Positions 51,431-64,000 of a stretch of 64,000 bases of DNA are shown in pieces. The stretch spans positions 63,862,001 to 63,926,000 of the forward strand of contig CM052816.1 in NCBI GenBank assembly GCA_028534125.1, given 5' to 3'. The stretch is from Lama glama (taxonomy: Eukaryota). The notes under the pieces are model-generated. The model had not been told where the DNA came from, ran no database searches, and saw nothing but the letters and a program-made list of their open reading frames with translations. Both the position numbers and the translations under genes were made by a program. Numbering within the stretch: the stretch's first letter is position 1; each line of letters starts with the position of its first letter.

Positions 51431-53654
51431 GTCATTTAAAAATACACACATGGACATACAACATACATACATGAGAGAAGGAGACAGAGAGACAGAGAGA
51501 AAGAGAGAGATCCTGATTTCCAGTGGGCTCCCCGATCCTCAGAGATGTAGGTAAATTAGTTCAAATTCTCAAATTCTGAAGCCATCAGTCCTCCTTACAA
51601 TTCCTATAAGTTCATGATCCTACTTCTGCTAGATTTCTTCCACTACTTCTAAATTCAAGAGTCTAAGGTTAATTTAATGCCCAGCAAGCTAGTACATCCC
51701 ACTCTCACTCACAAATATTGAGAATCTCGTAAGTTGATCAGAGATTCACATTTGAGAAGAGATTGGATCTCGCACCTCTCAGCTTTCTGTTGTTCTGCTG
51801 GCTCTCCCTCACACCCTGCTATCTTCCAAAAATTCAGGCTTGTAACGCAGAACTCACACACCTGTGAAGTCCCGGCCCTGGGGTGTGGGGCCCAGTCCTT
51901 CCCTATCCTCGCCAACCACTTTTCAGGTGGAGGATAGCTCAACCTAACCAAATGGATTGCTCCAGCCTCCATGGAATTTTGGAAAATACAGTTTCTTCCC
52001 TCTTACTATCTTATGATTATTACTTCACTGTAAAACTCAGTGGTCAACATTCTCATAGATAATGCCACCTCCTTTATTCTATGGAATAATCTATCCTTAT
52101 GTGTTTTGCATATAAGAGCATACATATAAACAAACAACACTGTTTCTTACCCTAAGACACATTTCTACCTAACAAGCTATTCTCTTAAGGATGTCTTAAT
52201 TTTTCTTAGAATGTTAGTATTTGTATGTAAAGGTTTTCTGTTCATTGCATTCATCTTTGTCTGTTTTTTTTTCTCTCTCTCTCTCTCTCTGCTTTTCACC
52301 CCAGAACACAAATTCTTCTTTCTGGTGGCCTGGAGTTATTGGCATGTACGATTGTGATGATCCTCTGTCTCTGGGGGGTATTGACTGTGCTGTACAGCAC
52401 TAGTTGCCCTGCACTAAATAACCCCAGATTCTTGTGACTTTGCAGTTACTATGTCTGTTGGGGTTTTTTCCCTACTCTTGTCTCTTTGGCTCTTTTTGCT
52501 GTCATCAGTGTAGACTGTGTCCAGCAGAAATCCTTTCCCCTATAGTTTCCATTTGTAGCTTCCAGTCTTCTGATTGATGGAAACATGGCAAACATTAAAG
52601 GTGGTTTTAAAGCTAAAACCACTGGCATAGAATCTCCTATAAGGACTCTCCTATAAACCAAGTGTGTGCACTTTGATATGTAGACCTTCTTCTAGATCCA
52701 TCAAGCTGCTAAGCTGTCATTTTGCTGAGTTTCTGGCTGGGTCTTAGACTATTTAAATCCTAGGGGAAATGATCTGAGAGGAGTGATACGTTGCTATATT
52801 ATTCCCATTGGTCTCATTTTAAAATTACAAATCAATTATGTCTGAAGACTGAGATCTGGTTGGTTCTCATGGACACCAGGGACCAGGGAGCACCTGCTCT
52901 GATGGGTGCAGGCCTTGGCCAAACTGGTTGTAAACAAATTTCCAATGTCACCCTGAGACAAACTACTTTATGATGTAAAGAAGGTTACACATAATGAAAA
53001 TCTTAAAATATTTCCTATGAAGGCAAAAATAATCACTTCGCAAAAGGGAATCAATAAGGCCAGACAATTTTAGGTGATCAGATTATATTCTCATTACCAC
53101 GTTGTCATAGTTCAGTCTAAGAAGAAGGTTTTTCTTTCTCTGTTCCCTCCCTCCTTCTGCCCATACTTCTTTCCTCTTTTCTTTTTCCCTGTCTGTGGAT
53201 ACAAATTAGTGATTCTCTTTTTTACTGATGGCAGGGGAAAAAATGCTTTCTATTAAGGCTGAGATAATCAAACTATAATACATGCCAGTAGCAGGGAATT
53301 TTTCCTTTCTAACTTTGAGAGTAAGTATGCTAATTTTTTAAAAAAATGTATCTTACAGGATTTTCACAGTATGAACATGTTTCTCCTGAGTTTCACATTA
53401 TTAACACTTGAAAATTAATACCTCCGTATAGTTCAGGAAACATTTATGATTCCTCTCTCGTGGTGTGTGGGATTCCAGGGACAAGGATGACTGGAAAGTT
53501 ATGTGTACATGACTGTCACTCAGACAGTCTCTGGCTGGTGAGCTCAGTGTTGGGACGGTGGCCAGATGAGGTGCCCTGAGTCCAGGCTGGGTGTGTGTCA
53601 TTCCTGAGAAGATCCGTCCTTGCAAGTCACAGATTCATACTCTGTATGCTTTTC

Positions 53655-54140
53655 TTTTTAGGCTCAGTGCCATAGCAATATAGGTAAGAGCCCACTGCCT
53701 GAGTTAAAATTCTAACCTTGGACAAGTTACCTAACCTCTCTGTGCTTCAATCTGTTTATCTCTAGAAAGTAGATCACAATAGTGTTGACCTCATAGGGTT
53801 GTCCTGAAGTTAATGGAATTGATATATGTAAAGTTCTTACAACAAAGCCTGAAACACAGTATCACTATGTCAGTGATATAAACAATAATGTTGTTACTGT
53901 TTTTGGAATCTATTGAGGACCCCTAGAATGAGACAGGGTAGCTGGCTTGTGGATTTTTAAGAGTTTGTGTTCTGGAGTCAACCCCATGTGGATCTCACCA
54001 TTTGCCCCTCACATCCTGGCTCAGTGACCTTGGGCAAGTTACTTAAATGCTCTAAGATGCAGTTTTTTAAATCTGTAAGGGGCTAACTGTATTTTCCTTA
54101 TAGGGCTGCTATGAGGATGAAATTCCTGTAAAGAACCCAT
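53655..54140 (+). mobile_element. Two adjacent MIR SINEs
   Basis: accttggacaagttacctaacctctctgtgcttca (~53715) and gtgaccttgggcaagttacttaa (~54025). Confidence 0.75.
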
Positions 54141-55199
54141 GTTAGCCTTGGAGATGTGGAGGAGGAGGGGTGTCAGTGACGTGATGACCTGTCTACTGAG
54201 AATTTTTAAAGGCAGTTTCCGTATCTTTCTTTGGGAAGTGGGGGACCAGCCAGAGCAGTTTTGAAAAAGGGAGGGACACAGTTTACACAGTTCCTTCTGT
54301 GCTTAGCTAGGGGACAGAGAGGACAGAGATTGAAAGGGAAATAAGACTTGGGGGTTTCTGCCAAATCTTGCAGATGCCTGAATTCAGACACCTCCAGAAG
54401 GGAACTCCTGGGCTTTACTCTACAGCCCCTGACCAGCAGTGAAGCCCTAACAACAGGAGATAAATAAATATCCCTGGTATAGGGCAGGACAGGACACAGC
54501 AGACAAGACCCTAGAAGAATCTAGGGCTCTGTTTTCTGGGGTTTCCTTCAGTTCTCAAACCCATTTTCCTGAAAGAGGGCTGGGGAGGGTGACTGGGATG
54601 GTTTAGCTTCTACTCTGCTACTTCATTCACCTGGAAAGTCTTCCTCATTTTCCTTCTTGGAAGACCCCTACCTTTCTTTCAAGGCCAAGTTCAATGTTAC
54701 TGCAGAAGATCAGTCCTCTTTTTAGCTGTACTTACGTGTTACAGAGGTAACGGAGGCATTGGTTGGGGAGGGACCATGAAATTGTGGAAATAACTACTTA
54801 TCTCAGACAGCTGGGATTTCTATTTGCAACAAATAAGCATGATGAATTTTGTATATGTTGTGATTTTAGTCCTCTTAAGTGCCTGGACAGAATGGAAAGA
54901 CAATTGAACAGACCATTGTAAGTTTTATATGACTCTGAAGGTCTATGTCAAGCGATGAAACTTTCCTTCTGTCCAGTATTGACTGTGAAGATCCAATGGC
55001 AAAACAGGTGTTTCTTGAGGTAGAGACCTGCCCTTGCTCACTTTGGACTCTTGCCAAACACAGCCCGGTGCAGAGCTGTCCGGCAGTGCGGCGGGGACGA
55101 AGCTCCTGCTACGCCCTGAGCCCAGTCTATCTCTGTCACTGTCACCCATCTTCCAAGGGTGGCCCTCTTAGCCACGGAAATCGAGTTGACAACTTTTCC

Positions 55200-55560
55200 T
55201 GTATTTCTCCTAGCTGCAGACAACTGTCAGGCTGATCGCTCATTGTCGTTTCCTCCCAAATATCTCCCTGTCCTTGGCGTGTACCATTTCTCATATGCCA
55301 TTGCCTTAACTCCCCTTACTTCTGGTATCTCTTCCCCAGACTCACTCAAGTTCATCAACACCCCTTCTAAGATGCTGCTCACGGAATTGAACTCATCTCC
55401 CGTCCTCCGGCCTGCTGCCCTCCTGCCTTCCTGTCTCTCTGTTAATTGAACTCCCCGTCATTTACGCAGCCACTTCAGGCTCCTTAACTGCGCCTCCTCC
55501 ATCATCTCCCCCACCCACCTCCCGTCAGGCACTAAGTCCTATTGATTGTTCCAACTAAAT
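55200..55560 (+). mobile_element. L2 fragment
   Basis: Pyrimidine-rich ctcactcaagttcatcaac...aattgaactcatc...actaagtcctattgatt. Confidence 0.5.
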
Positions 55561-55679
55561 ATTGAACAACTATAGTAGGTATTCAGACAGTATATGGTGA
55601 AGGAATATAAATGAATAAAATTCATCACTATTCATTCCTGCTGCTTCTGCCTTGAGCGAGGTTTTCATTTTGCTTTGCT

Positions 55680-55945
55680 TTTATTTTTAAAATTTCAAAT
55701 GTGTAGGAAAGTTGAAAGAACACCAACACACCCTTCTCCTAGATTCATCAGTTGTTAACTTTTTGCCTCAATTGCTTTCACCTCCATTCTGTCTCTCTTC
55801 TATTCTCTCTCCCCCCAACACACACATACATTAAAAAAATTTTGTTGTCAAATCATCTGAAGGTAAGTTGCAGGTATTGTGACATATCATTGTTAAATAC
55901 TGTAGCACACCTCTCCCAAGAACTATGAAATTCTCCCTAGAGAAC
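55680..55945 (-). mobile_element. L1MC4/5-type 3' terminus, antisense
   Basis: aaaatttcaaatgtgtaggaaagttgaaagaa...ctagattcatcagttgttaac...gtaagttgcag. Confidence 0.7.
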
Positions 55946-57679
55946 AAATTATTTCCCACAAATACCTTTGGAGTGAGGGTTTATGGACGGCTTTAGGGGA
56001 TCCATGAAAACCGTGGAATCGTATGCAACGTTGTGATCCTACGAGCAGTTTTCTGGGGAGGAAATTCACAGTTTTCATCACAGCCTCCAAACTAATGTGG
56101 ACCCACTCCAGTCTCTCCCTCTTAGTCCAAGTAGGGTAGCAGGATGGTCAGTTGTAGATTTTCAGCCACCTCAAACTAGTAAAACTTCAGAAGCTACCTA
56201 AAATATGAGCAATGGCTTCCTATTGGCTGCATGAGATAGTCAGTGTTTCTTAGCATGACATGAAGAAACTTTGCAATCATGCTTCCAAGAACATTTCCAG
56301 TCTCTTCTTTCATAGCTCCCTCCTTCTCAAGGGGAACTGGCCTCGCCCCCACCCAGGTCATGCTCTGAGCTTCACCTCACTTCACCCTGACTTCTACCCA
56401 TTTCCTCTCTTAGCAAACATCTGTTTCCCTTCCAAGACCCAATTCTGTAGCCACCACCTCTGGGAAGCCCTCCCCAACCCCCTCCCCAGTCACTTCTGCC
56501 TAGTTTGTTCCTTCCTCTGTTACATTATTCATCACATTTACGGTGCTTGCTTCTTTACACAGCTTCATCCTCAGTGATATTGTGAAGACAAATGGACGCA
56601 TGTTGAAAGAATCACACAGTCTTTGCTAATTGCCTGGACTCCTGACCTGCCTGCCTACCCTGTTCTCTGAGGCACATTTGCACTGTAACTCCAGTGGGCT
56701 CAGACCCCGGTTTTGCCATCACCAAAGGCTTTTGTGTCTCTCCCAGTGTGACGCTCTTGGTTTCTCTCATTTTGGCAGATTACTTAGTAGCCATATGCCT
56801 ACGGTCCCTTGGCTGTTCAAATTCAATCACCTGCAAAGACAGGCCTATATCCACACATGGTCAAGATTCCACGAGATTTAGAGGGGCACAGACACCAGGA
56901 AATGGATGTCTGTCCAGGCTCTGGGACACCAGGAAAAGCTAGAAGTGGAACCAGTTCCAGGGCATTGTGGAAAGAGCACCAGCCTGTACCACAGAGAGGC
57001 TGCTGCTTGGAAGAGACTGTGACGCTGTGGCAGGCTGAACTCTGGAAGCTGCCTTTGGGAGAGGTGACAAGTACCCTGGCAACACCCCTGCACTGGAAAG
57101 GGAGGGGTGAGCACAAGCTTGAGGCTGTTTTCTTTGATTTTTCCAGAGTGACTCCATTGTGTCTTTCCAACACTGGTACTAACACTTCTTATCTAGAAAT
57201 CAGATCCTGACGGGCAAGACGGCAAGCAGCCAGCCTTCTGGCTGGAGTCCAGGTCTGCAGCACAGGTAAGAAACCTGCCCATTGCTGCTCCGAAGCAGAG
57301 TCCCGGCAGATGAAACAGCAGTAGGTTGGAGTGAGGGGTGTGGCCGTTCTGCTGTGGGTCTATTTGCTTGCAGGAGGGATTGCCAAAGAGGATTCACAGG
57401 AGGGGTTGGGGATTCAGAGGAGAGGAGTTGGGACGTCCTGATGTCCTGCCATCCTGCCAAGCCTCCAGCTTCCCCAGGGAGGCGCCCCCCAGCAGCCCTG
57501 GGAAGCTCAAAGGCAGCTAAGCTGCCTGCTTCTGTCAAGGCTGACCTCAGCTGCCAGCACCCTCCTCCTCCTGCTTCCCTGGTGGGCTGGCCCCTGTGGG
57601 ATGTTAGCCCATCTGCCTTCAGAATGTGGCTGCCCGAGACTTCTCCCTCTATGGCTGTCTTCCTCTTCCCTAGCAGGAG

Positions 57680-58800
57680 TGCCCGGGCCCCAGTGAGCGA
57701 TATTTCTGAACGGATTCAATCCCCTGTGCTCCAATCAGAATGCATTACCAGGCAGGGCGCGTTGGCTCGGCGATTTGGCTTTGACAATAAATCTCCTTGC
57801 TTTCGTGAGTTTAAATCAGACTTTAAAACATCGCCCTTAATGTTCTTTTAATGCAGTTTTCTTCTGAATGAGTTCCCTTTAGGTCCAGTCCTTGTCATTA
57901 ATACACTCTCTTGGCAAACGAAGGAGGGCTTCTTCGAGGAATACCCTGCCAGTGTAGGAAACCAGCTGAATTGCCTTGGTGATGCCAGGAGCCTTTTTTG
58001 CATTTTACAAGGACACTTGAGAAAACAAAACTCTCTGACTGTAAATTTAACTTTCTCTTGACAGCCTTGGTGTCTCTGCAGCCCCAGAAGTTATCCATTA
58101 CTTCTTTCTCCTGTAATTAAAAATCAAGGGGAGAAATGTACAGGATTAACCAGTTCTAATTTTCATTGATGAGCTCTAAGAGCTTATCAATAACGGGATA
58201 AGAAAAGCCGCTTCGCCTAAGCTCGATTTTCCTAGGGCGCCTGATTTTGATGGAGAATCTCGTTCAGGGTGGAAAACGCTGGCTTTCTGAGGAATCTCAT
58301 TGCCACAGTCAGGAAGAAGGGGTGGGGCGGGCCAAGCTGGTCTCCAGCAGGAGAGCCCGGAGAGCCGCCTGGGCTTGCTGCTTCTACAGACTCGGCCTTC
58401 GGGCTCGGGGGGGGGGGGGTGCTGATTGCAGGGCAGGATTAAACAGCCTGTCTCTCACACACATGGCCCTTTTCTGTGGATGGTTTCCGCAGAAAAGGAG
58501 CTTGCATGTATCTGCTTAGGAAGAAGAAAGATAGTTCCAATTAAAAGAATATTGGTGGTAATTCCTTTTGATGTATACATTTGTAGATATAAATACTTTA
58601 TCAGGGGATAGCAATGTCTGTCCTGTTTATCACCCACAGGGATGTAGCTGAACACGGGTTTCTCCAGAAGACGCCGAGCTGATCGATAGCATCTGGGCTG
58701 CGTCGTTTCAAAAGCTGTGACATGCCGGCTCCCAGCGAATGCGACAGGCATGTGACAGGAATGAGCTGTTTAACTGACATGCACAGGTCCCACAGAACTC
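57680..58800. promoter_or_regulatory. Repeat-free, CpG-enriched candidate enhancer or alternative promoter
   Basis: Local CpG excess, GC-box ggggtggggcggg (~58319-58331), G13 run (58407-58419), GGATTA and TGACAG motifs. Confidence 0.45.
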
Positions 58801-59304
58801 CCAAACAATCAGGTGCAGAAATGACTCGAGCTAGGATTTTTTTTTAAAAAAAGACAGGGCATGCAAAGCATAGGTACTGTGAAGCAGGAGCCCTAGCACC
58901 TGGCCTCGAGGTTCTTCTGTAGAAAAACAGAGGCCTCTGCTATGTTCAACCGGGGTTGCACTTATGAGTTTCAGGCAGAAATCGGATGGTTTGTGTCCAA
59001 AGCTTTCTTGCTTAGAGCTGGAAAGTTCAGGCTATCTCTGGAGACCAAAAATTGTCCAGGATAGCAGAAAAGGCCAGCAGCTGGGGATTCTGTCAAAATG
59101 ATACCAGCTTGGCTCCTGCCAGAGACCAGAGAATCACAGACTACTCAGCTGCCCATTTCCAGGAGGTCACCTTTCCTAGGGCTTCTGCCAGGCTTCTGGC
59201 CAAGCATCTCTCACTCCCACGGTGAGAACAGGCTGCACTGCAGCAAAGGCTGTATCCTGAGGACAATCTTACCTATAGAATATCGGAGGCACTAAACTCT
59301 ACTA

Positions 59305-59555
59305 GAGGTGATATTATATGGATAGGGCAAGAGCATGGACTCTAGCCAAAGGGCTGAGTTTGAATAGAGCGATAGACTCCTATTAGCTGTGTGATCTTGG
59401 GCAAGTTTCTTAACCACTCTGAGGCTCCAAGTTCTTTTCTATAAGACAGAGATGATTTTAGTGCCATCTCATAGGGCTATTATAAGGATTAAACAATGAG
59501 TACATGTAAGTCACATAGAACAGTGTCCAGCATGTAGGAGACAGTAAATGTTAAC
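59305..59555 (+). mobile_element. MIR SINE, near full length
   Basis: aagagcatggactct...tagctgtgtgatcttgggcaagtttcttaacc...ataaggattaaa. Confidence 0.8.
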
Positions 59556-59879
59556 AACTTAAATATTTTGGCATTTAAGCAGTGAATTTGCCAAAGACAG
59601 AATGATTGGCTCTTCAGAGCCCTCTCCAACTCTATAAGCTTAAGCAGCCAGATGGCCTACCTCACTGTTTTAAAAAAGGTGAGGGTAGTTATGGGGGTAC
59701 ACAAGATGACATCTGGGGGTACATGGATGGACAGTTTTATAACTATGCATTTTCTATGTATCAGGAAAAAAATCATTATTCCCTGAGCATTATCAGTCAG
59801 ACTGAAGACAAGGCTTTTAAAAAGTGTAATGTTTATATATCTTTATCTTTATCTGTATCTCAGACATGTGCTATGCAAA

Positions 59880-60240
59880 ACAGGCAAAATTGTAGTGACA
59901 CCTGAGCTGAATCTTAAAGGATGAATAACAGTGACAGAGGGGACTCAGCCAGGTGGGCTGTCTGTGCAAAAGCCCAGGGGTTAACCTACTATAACAGCAA
60001 GGACGAGAGATGAGGCTGGAGAGGGAGCAGTCAGAATACGGAAGGCCTTACGTGTCTGGACGTTATCCCAGAGGCGATGGGAACCACCTCTGGTGGATGA
60101 GGTGGAAGGGGACTGGAAGAAGGGAGCTGGTTAGAATACTGTTGCCAGTTAAGAGGTGATGAGGACATGAGCAGCAGCAGTGGTGGCGGAGAGAGTGAGA
60201 AAAGCAGGTGAAGTCAAGGAATCGCTGGAGGAGAAAAGAA
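59880..60240 (-). mobile_element. L2 fragment, antisense
   Basis: gtgacacctgagctgaatcttaaaggatgaata...gagatgaggctggagaggg. Confidence 0.6.
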
Positions 60241-60419
60241 GACACCCAGACTCTGGAGGTAGCCTTGTCCCAAGGCAGGGAACTGAAGGGTCTCAAGCCT
60301 CAGCTGGGGCTGGCCTTAACTGTGAGATTAAATGGTTCTAACTTTGAAATGTAGGGGTGGCCACACCCGGAATCCAGCTAACCCTTAGAAACGTACAAAT
60401 AATTTCATTGTTGGCTCCA

Positions 60420-60805
60420 ACTGTTGGCCAGTCCCTGGAAGTACATTCTTGTCATGGTCTACTTGTGGAAGAGAATTCTTCCCAGCCTCTTGACTTTGGA
60501 CTTGGCCATGTGGCTTGCTTTGGCCAGTGATCAATGGGTAGAAGTAACTGTGTGTCAGCTCTAAACCTAAGCCTTAAGAGGCCTTGCACATTTCCACCTA
60601 CCCTCTTTGAGCTTCTGCTGTCAGAATGAGAAGAACAGACGCTGGCCAGTCTGCTGATACCAGAAGGGAAGTGGAGACACAAGGAACAGCGCCGCCCCAG
60701 CCACTGCAGCTGGAAGCGGAGCCACCAGTCAAGCCCCGTCTGGATCAGGCAGACCCAGGGGTCCTGCAGCCACAGGAGCAACTGTGAATCCTTGCTGTTT
60801 TAAGT
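60420..60805 (+). mobile_element. MLT1-family MaLR LTR
   Basis: ttggccatgtggcttgctttggccag...gccttaagaggccttgc...ttgctgttttaag. Confidence 0.7.
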
Positions 60806-63389
60806 AAACAACAAGTCTGTGAATACAAAGACCAAACAACTTTTTGCCCATCCTCAAGGTGCCTAACGCAGTGCTTTGCCCCCAAAACCTCAAAATTAAC
60901 TTGCTAGGTTCATTTGAGATGCTTACTGGAAGTCTACTGGATATCTGGGCAAGGGGGAGTCTAGACACTCCTATGCAGGTGACAGAAAGTAAAAAGCCAC
61001 AAGGCGGTTTCCTTAGACACCAGGGGCAACGACTGAGTGTGCTGTCCTGTGCCTGCCCGTTGCGCGGTCGCAATATCTGAAGGAGAACTCTGAAGTCTAC
61101 AGTAGTTTGGGACTCACAAAAAATAATTCATTATGCATAATGGTGATGTTGGCAGTGCATGCCAAATGGTTAAATCTAATGTAGCATACAGTTTCATTAA
61201 GGCACAACAAAATTAATCTATCCCTTCCCACCAGGAGGTTTAAACAAAAGCAATGGGGAAGGAGCTGCATGTAAAAAGCAGCAATTCATTAATGAAATGA
61301 AGACATGTAAAATAATTAGGCTTATAACAAGAGATTAGAGAACTAAATTAACCCTTCTGTTTACTTTGCACAGAATGCAATGGAGAACTTTGGCAAATGT
61401 TAAGTTACTATGGAAATGTCACCTCAAAAAATTAACCTGGTGGCCTCCCATGAAAGGAGTTGACCTGTCAGTCCCTAGTCTAATAACTTGATTTTATGAT
61501 AGTTAAAACCATGTTTTTGATGCATTTCTGTTTGGGTCCCAGAGGCATGAAAGAAAGCAGGTACAGCCATGCAGTTGCAAATGAAACAGTTAATTAAAAA
61601 AAAAGTAGCGGTTTGATGTTGACATGCTGTATGCTAACTTGGGTAATTAATAATATTGAAACGAAGGGGCTAATCTAAATCAATGGTGGGCTGAAGCTTT
61701 CCTTTGCCTGGTTAGTAATGATAAGCCAAGGGGGACAATTGAGCTTCTTTTCTTAATAACTCCCAAGTCCTCATCTACATGGGGGGATGGTGGGACCAAG
61801 GACCTATCCGTATGATGGGGTAAAATGCAGCTCAGGGTTTTACACAGACTAAGAAATGGGATGTGCACATCCTGACAGGTGCCCGCCTGGCCAGGGAGCC
61901 TGAAACTTTGCAGCTTGACCCTGGTTTCTTGCATCTTGGCTCCCTGATTTAAGGGCTGCAGTACAGATTCATAGGCTGTGTTTCCTCCTGGTCCAAACTC
62001 TTCTTCTATGTGTTGTTGGAAGAAGTCTAGACTCTTGATAGATTTACACTGTAAATCTAGACTCCGTGAATCCTGTCACCGAGGCTGTGGACATGCTGAG
62101 AGTTGGGAAGTGAATGACCATGGTGAGAGTCCACACCCACCCTTTGATGGGGAGAGTCTGCTAGAAGCACCTTCCCCAAGGGATAGTGGCAGTGAGCACT
62201 GAGAGGGCAGCGGCAAGTGGTCCACCCCACTGACTCGATGGAGATGGGAAACAGTGTCCCCTTTAGGACTCTACCCATAGAGTGACAGCCCCACAAAGAA
62301 GAGCTGGGCACAGGCCAGGCTCCACAGTTCCCTTGATGCCCCTTATAGGGTGTGCCCAAGGCGTCGATGCTCTTGTGTCTCATATATTCACAACATCATC
62401 TCTTTCCAGCTTGCCTTACACAGATGAGAAACAGTGGCCATTAATTCATTCTACATGCTGCATTGAAGACCAGGGGGTTGTATGAGACTTGGAGGATCAA
62501 CACTGATGTTTCATTAGCACCCAGTTTGTGGCTGGTGCTTTTGCTGCATCCTCTTGTTTCATCATCCAATGTCAAAGGAATTGTGTTCCATTTTACAGAC
62601 TGGTAAACTGGAGCTAAGACACCTTCAGGAATTAGACTGAAGTCATTTTAAAGATGACTGTAACTTCTGAAGTTTTTAAAGATATGCAAATCATCTTCCA
62701 TGGCAACGCCCCCAAACTATTTGGAGAGCAAAGCGGGTAAAATCACCGTGAGGGAGGGAAGAGAGGCCAGAGCTCAAGTTCCTCAGACAGTTGCAGTTAC
62801 CTCTCAAAGCTCTTTGTCTGGGCCTGAGTCCCAGTACGTGACTCTGTGGTGCTCCCTCTCCCCATCCTTCATCCCCCAAGCTCTTACTCTGAGTGGGAAG
62901 GTAAGCAAGGCACAGGGGAGGGTAAGGTTAGAATGTGTCTGGACAAACTCATAAGGCAACTGGAAGAAATTTTAGTGGCCTGGTTTCCTGAAGAGGCCCA
63001 AGTGAACAGCAAGCATCATTTTCAAATTGAAAGTAGGGCAGTTGCTTTAATATAAGTGTCTTTAATGAAGAATATTTGAAATTCTGAAATTTCTGTAGAC
63101 ATAGAATTATCCTATTTGACTGAGTAGTTTTGGAAAGCACTGCATGCCCTTCCTCCCAAGTGTCCCCATTAATCCAGAAAAGCCACCTTTCCGGTTTTGG
63201 GTCCTTCCACACACAGCCCTCCTGGGCCTCCTTGGCCCAAGGCAGAGAGAAAGAGAGCAAGGGTGAGAAGAAGAAGGCACCCTGTTTTCCCCTCTTTGGA
63301 GTTCTTGGTGCTCTGTCCTGTTCTCCAGCTTCGACACGAGCTCCTTTTCCATTCCTTTGTTCGCTGGCTCCTTGCGTGCTTATCTGGGT

Positions 63390-63510
63390 ACTCAGCGCGT
63401 GCCAGACCTTGTGTTGAGCACTTCTCTCCTGGTATCTGTCACAATAACCTTCAAGGAGAGCACTGCTATCCCTGGTTGACAAATGAGCAAACTGAGGCAC
63501 AAGGAGGCTG
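63390..63510 (-). mobile_element. MIR SINE, antisense
   Basis: cacaataacctt...acaaatgagcaaactgaggcaca. Confidence 0.7.
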
Positions 63511-63889
63511 AATGGTTTCTCCATGGATCACACTTGCAGGTGGCCCAGGGCTCTCCAACCTCCCTCCAGGACACAGACTGTCTCCCCTGCCCCGTATCTG
63601 CAGCCACCACTCGTGCTGGACACGTGTCACTGTTACACTCCGGGGAGGACGCATTTCCCCCATTACCCACACTGTCAGACTGAGGCCCAGGGTCACTCTG
63701 GGGTAAACAAGAGCTTAGAACCCCTTAGCCCACGGCAATCTTCATTAACCTTCAATAATCTGCTTTGCCTGCTGGGCCACACAGCAGTTCCCAGTGCTAA
63801 GTAGAACAGTTGCCCCTGAGAGGAGCTGTGTCCTTGATGGTGCTTCTAACAAAGAAAACAAATTGTAAAACTTAGCAGATCTGTGAATA

Positions 63890-63985
63890 GATGGTGTCCA
63901 GAGTCTGACATAGTGTCTTGTGCATATTGAGTGTTTGATAAAGATTTGATTTGAATGAATGAGTGAATGAATGAACAAGTGAGTG
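63890..63985 (+). mobile_element. L2 3' terminus with (TGAA)n tail
   Basis: catagtgtcttgtgcata...tgaatgaatgagtgaatgaatgaa. Confidence 0.7.
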
Positions 63986-64000
63986 ACTCTGAAAGGTCTC

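Noticed and set aside
57282..57851. 189-aa ORF
   Set aside because: TTG start; the GC-rich context lengthens chance ORFs; no homology recognised.
62949..63524. 191-aa minus-strand ORF
   Set aside because: The N-terminus is translated MIR sequence (SLLVPQFAHLS) and the remainder is unrecognisable.
1..64000. CRISPR arrays, prokaryotic systems, rRNA/snoRNA/miRNA genes, processed pseudogenes
   Set aside because: None recognised by eye in this mammalian sequence. An Infernal/Rfam and blastx search would be needed to exclude divergent cases.

Overview
Mammalian non-coding genomic DNA (intergenic or a large intron). I recognise no intact protein-coding gene, RNA gene or CRISPR array, and the ORF track is dominated by random or repeat-derived frames. 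A tRNA-derived SINE at 33.4 kb and the young L1 3' ends look camelid-type (alpaca/camel; an inference), and I saw no Alu, BovB/Bov-A, PRE1 or Can-SINE. Much of the window is eutherian interspersed repeat: L1/L1M, L2, MIR, ERVL/MaLR/MER41-type LTRs and hAT/Tigger DNA transposons. Subfamily names come from recalled consensus similarity, and boundaries of old repeats are approximate. The most notable structures are: two young L1 3' ends inserted head-to-head, forming a ~127-bp, ~92% identical inverted repeat (19.4-19.7 kb); a multi-layer nested transposon cluster (30.8-32.3 kb); an inverted L1 junction at the window start; and several repeat-free, motif-dense candidate regulatory regions (28.2-28.8, 57.7-58.8, 61.1-61.7 kb). 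I found no convincing evidence for a novel biological system.
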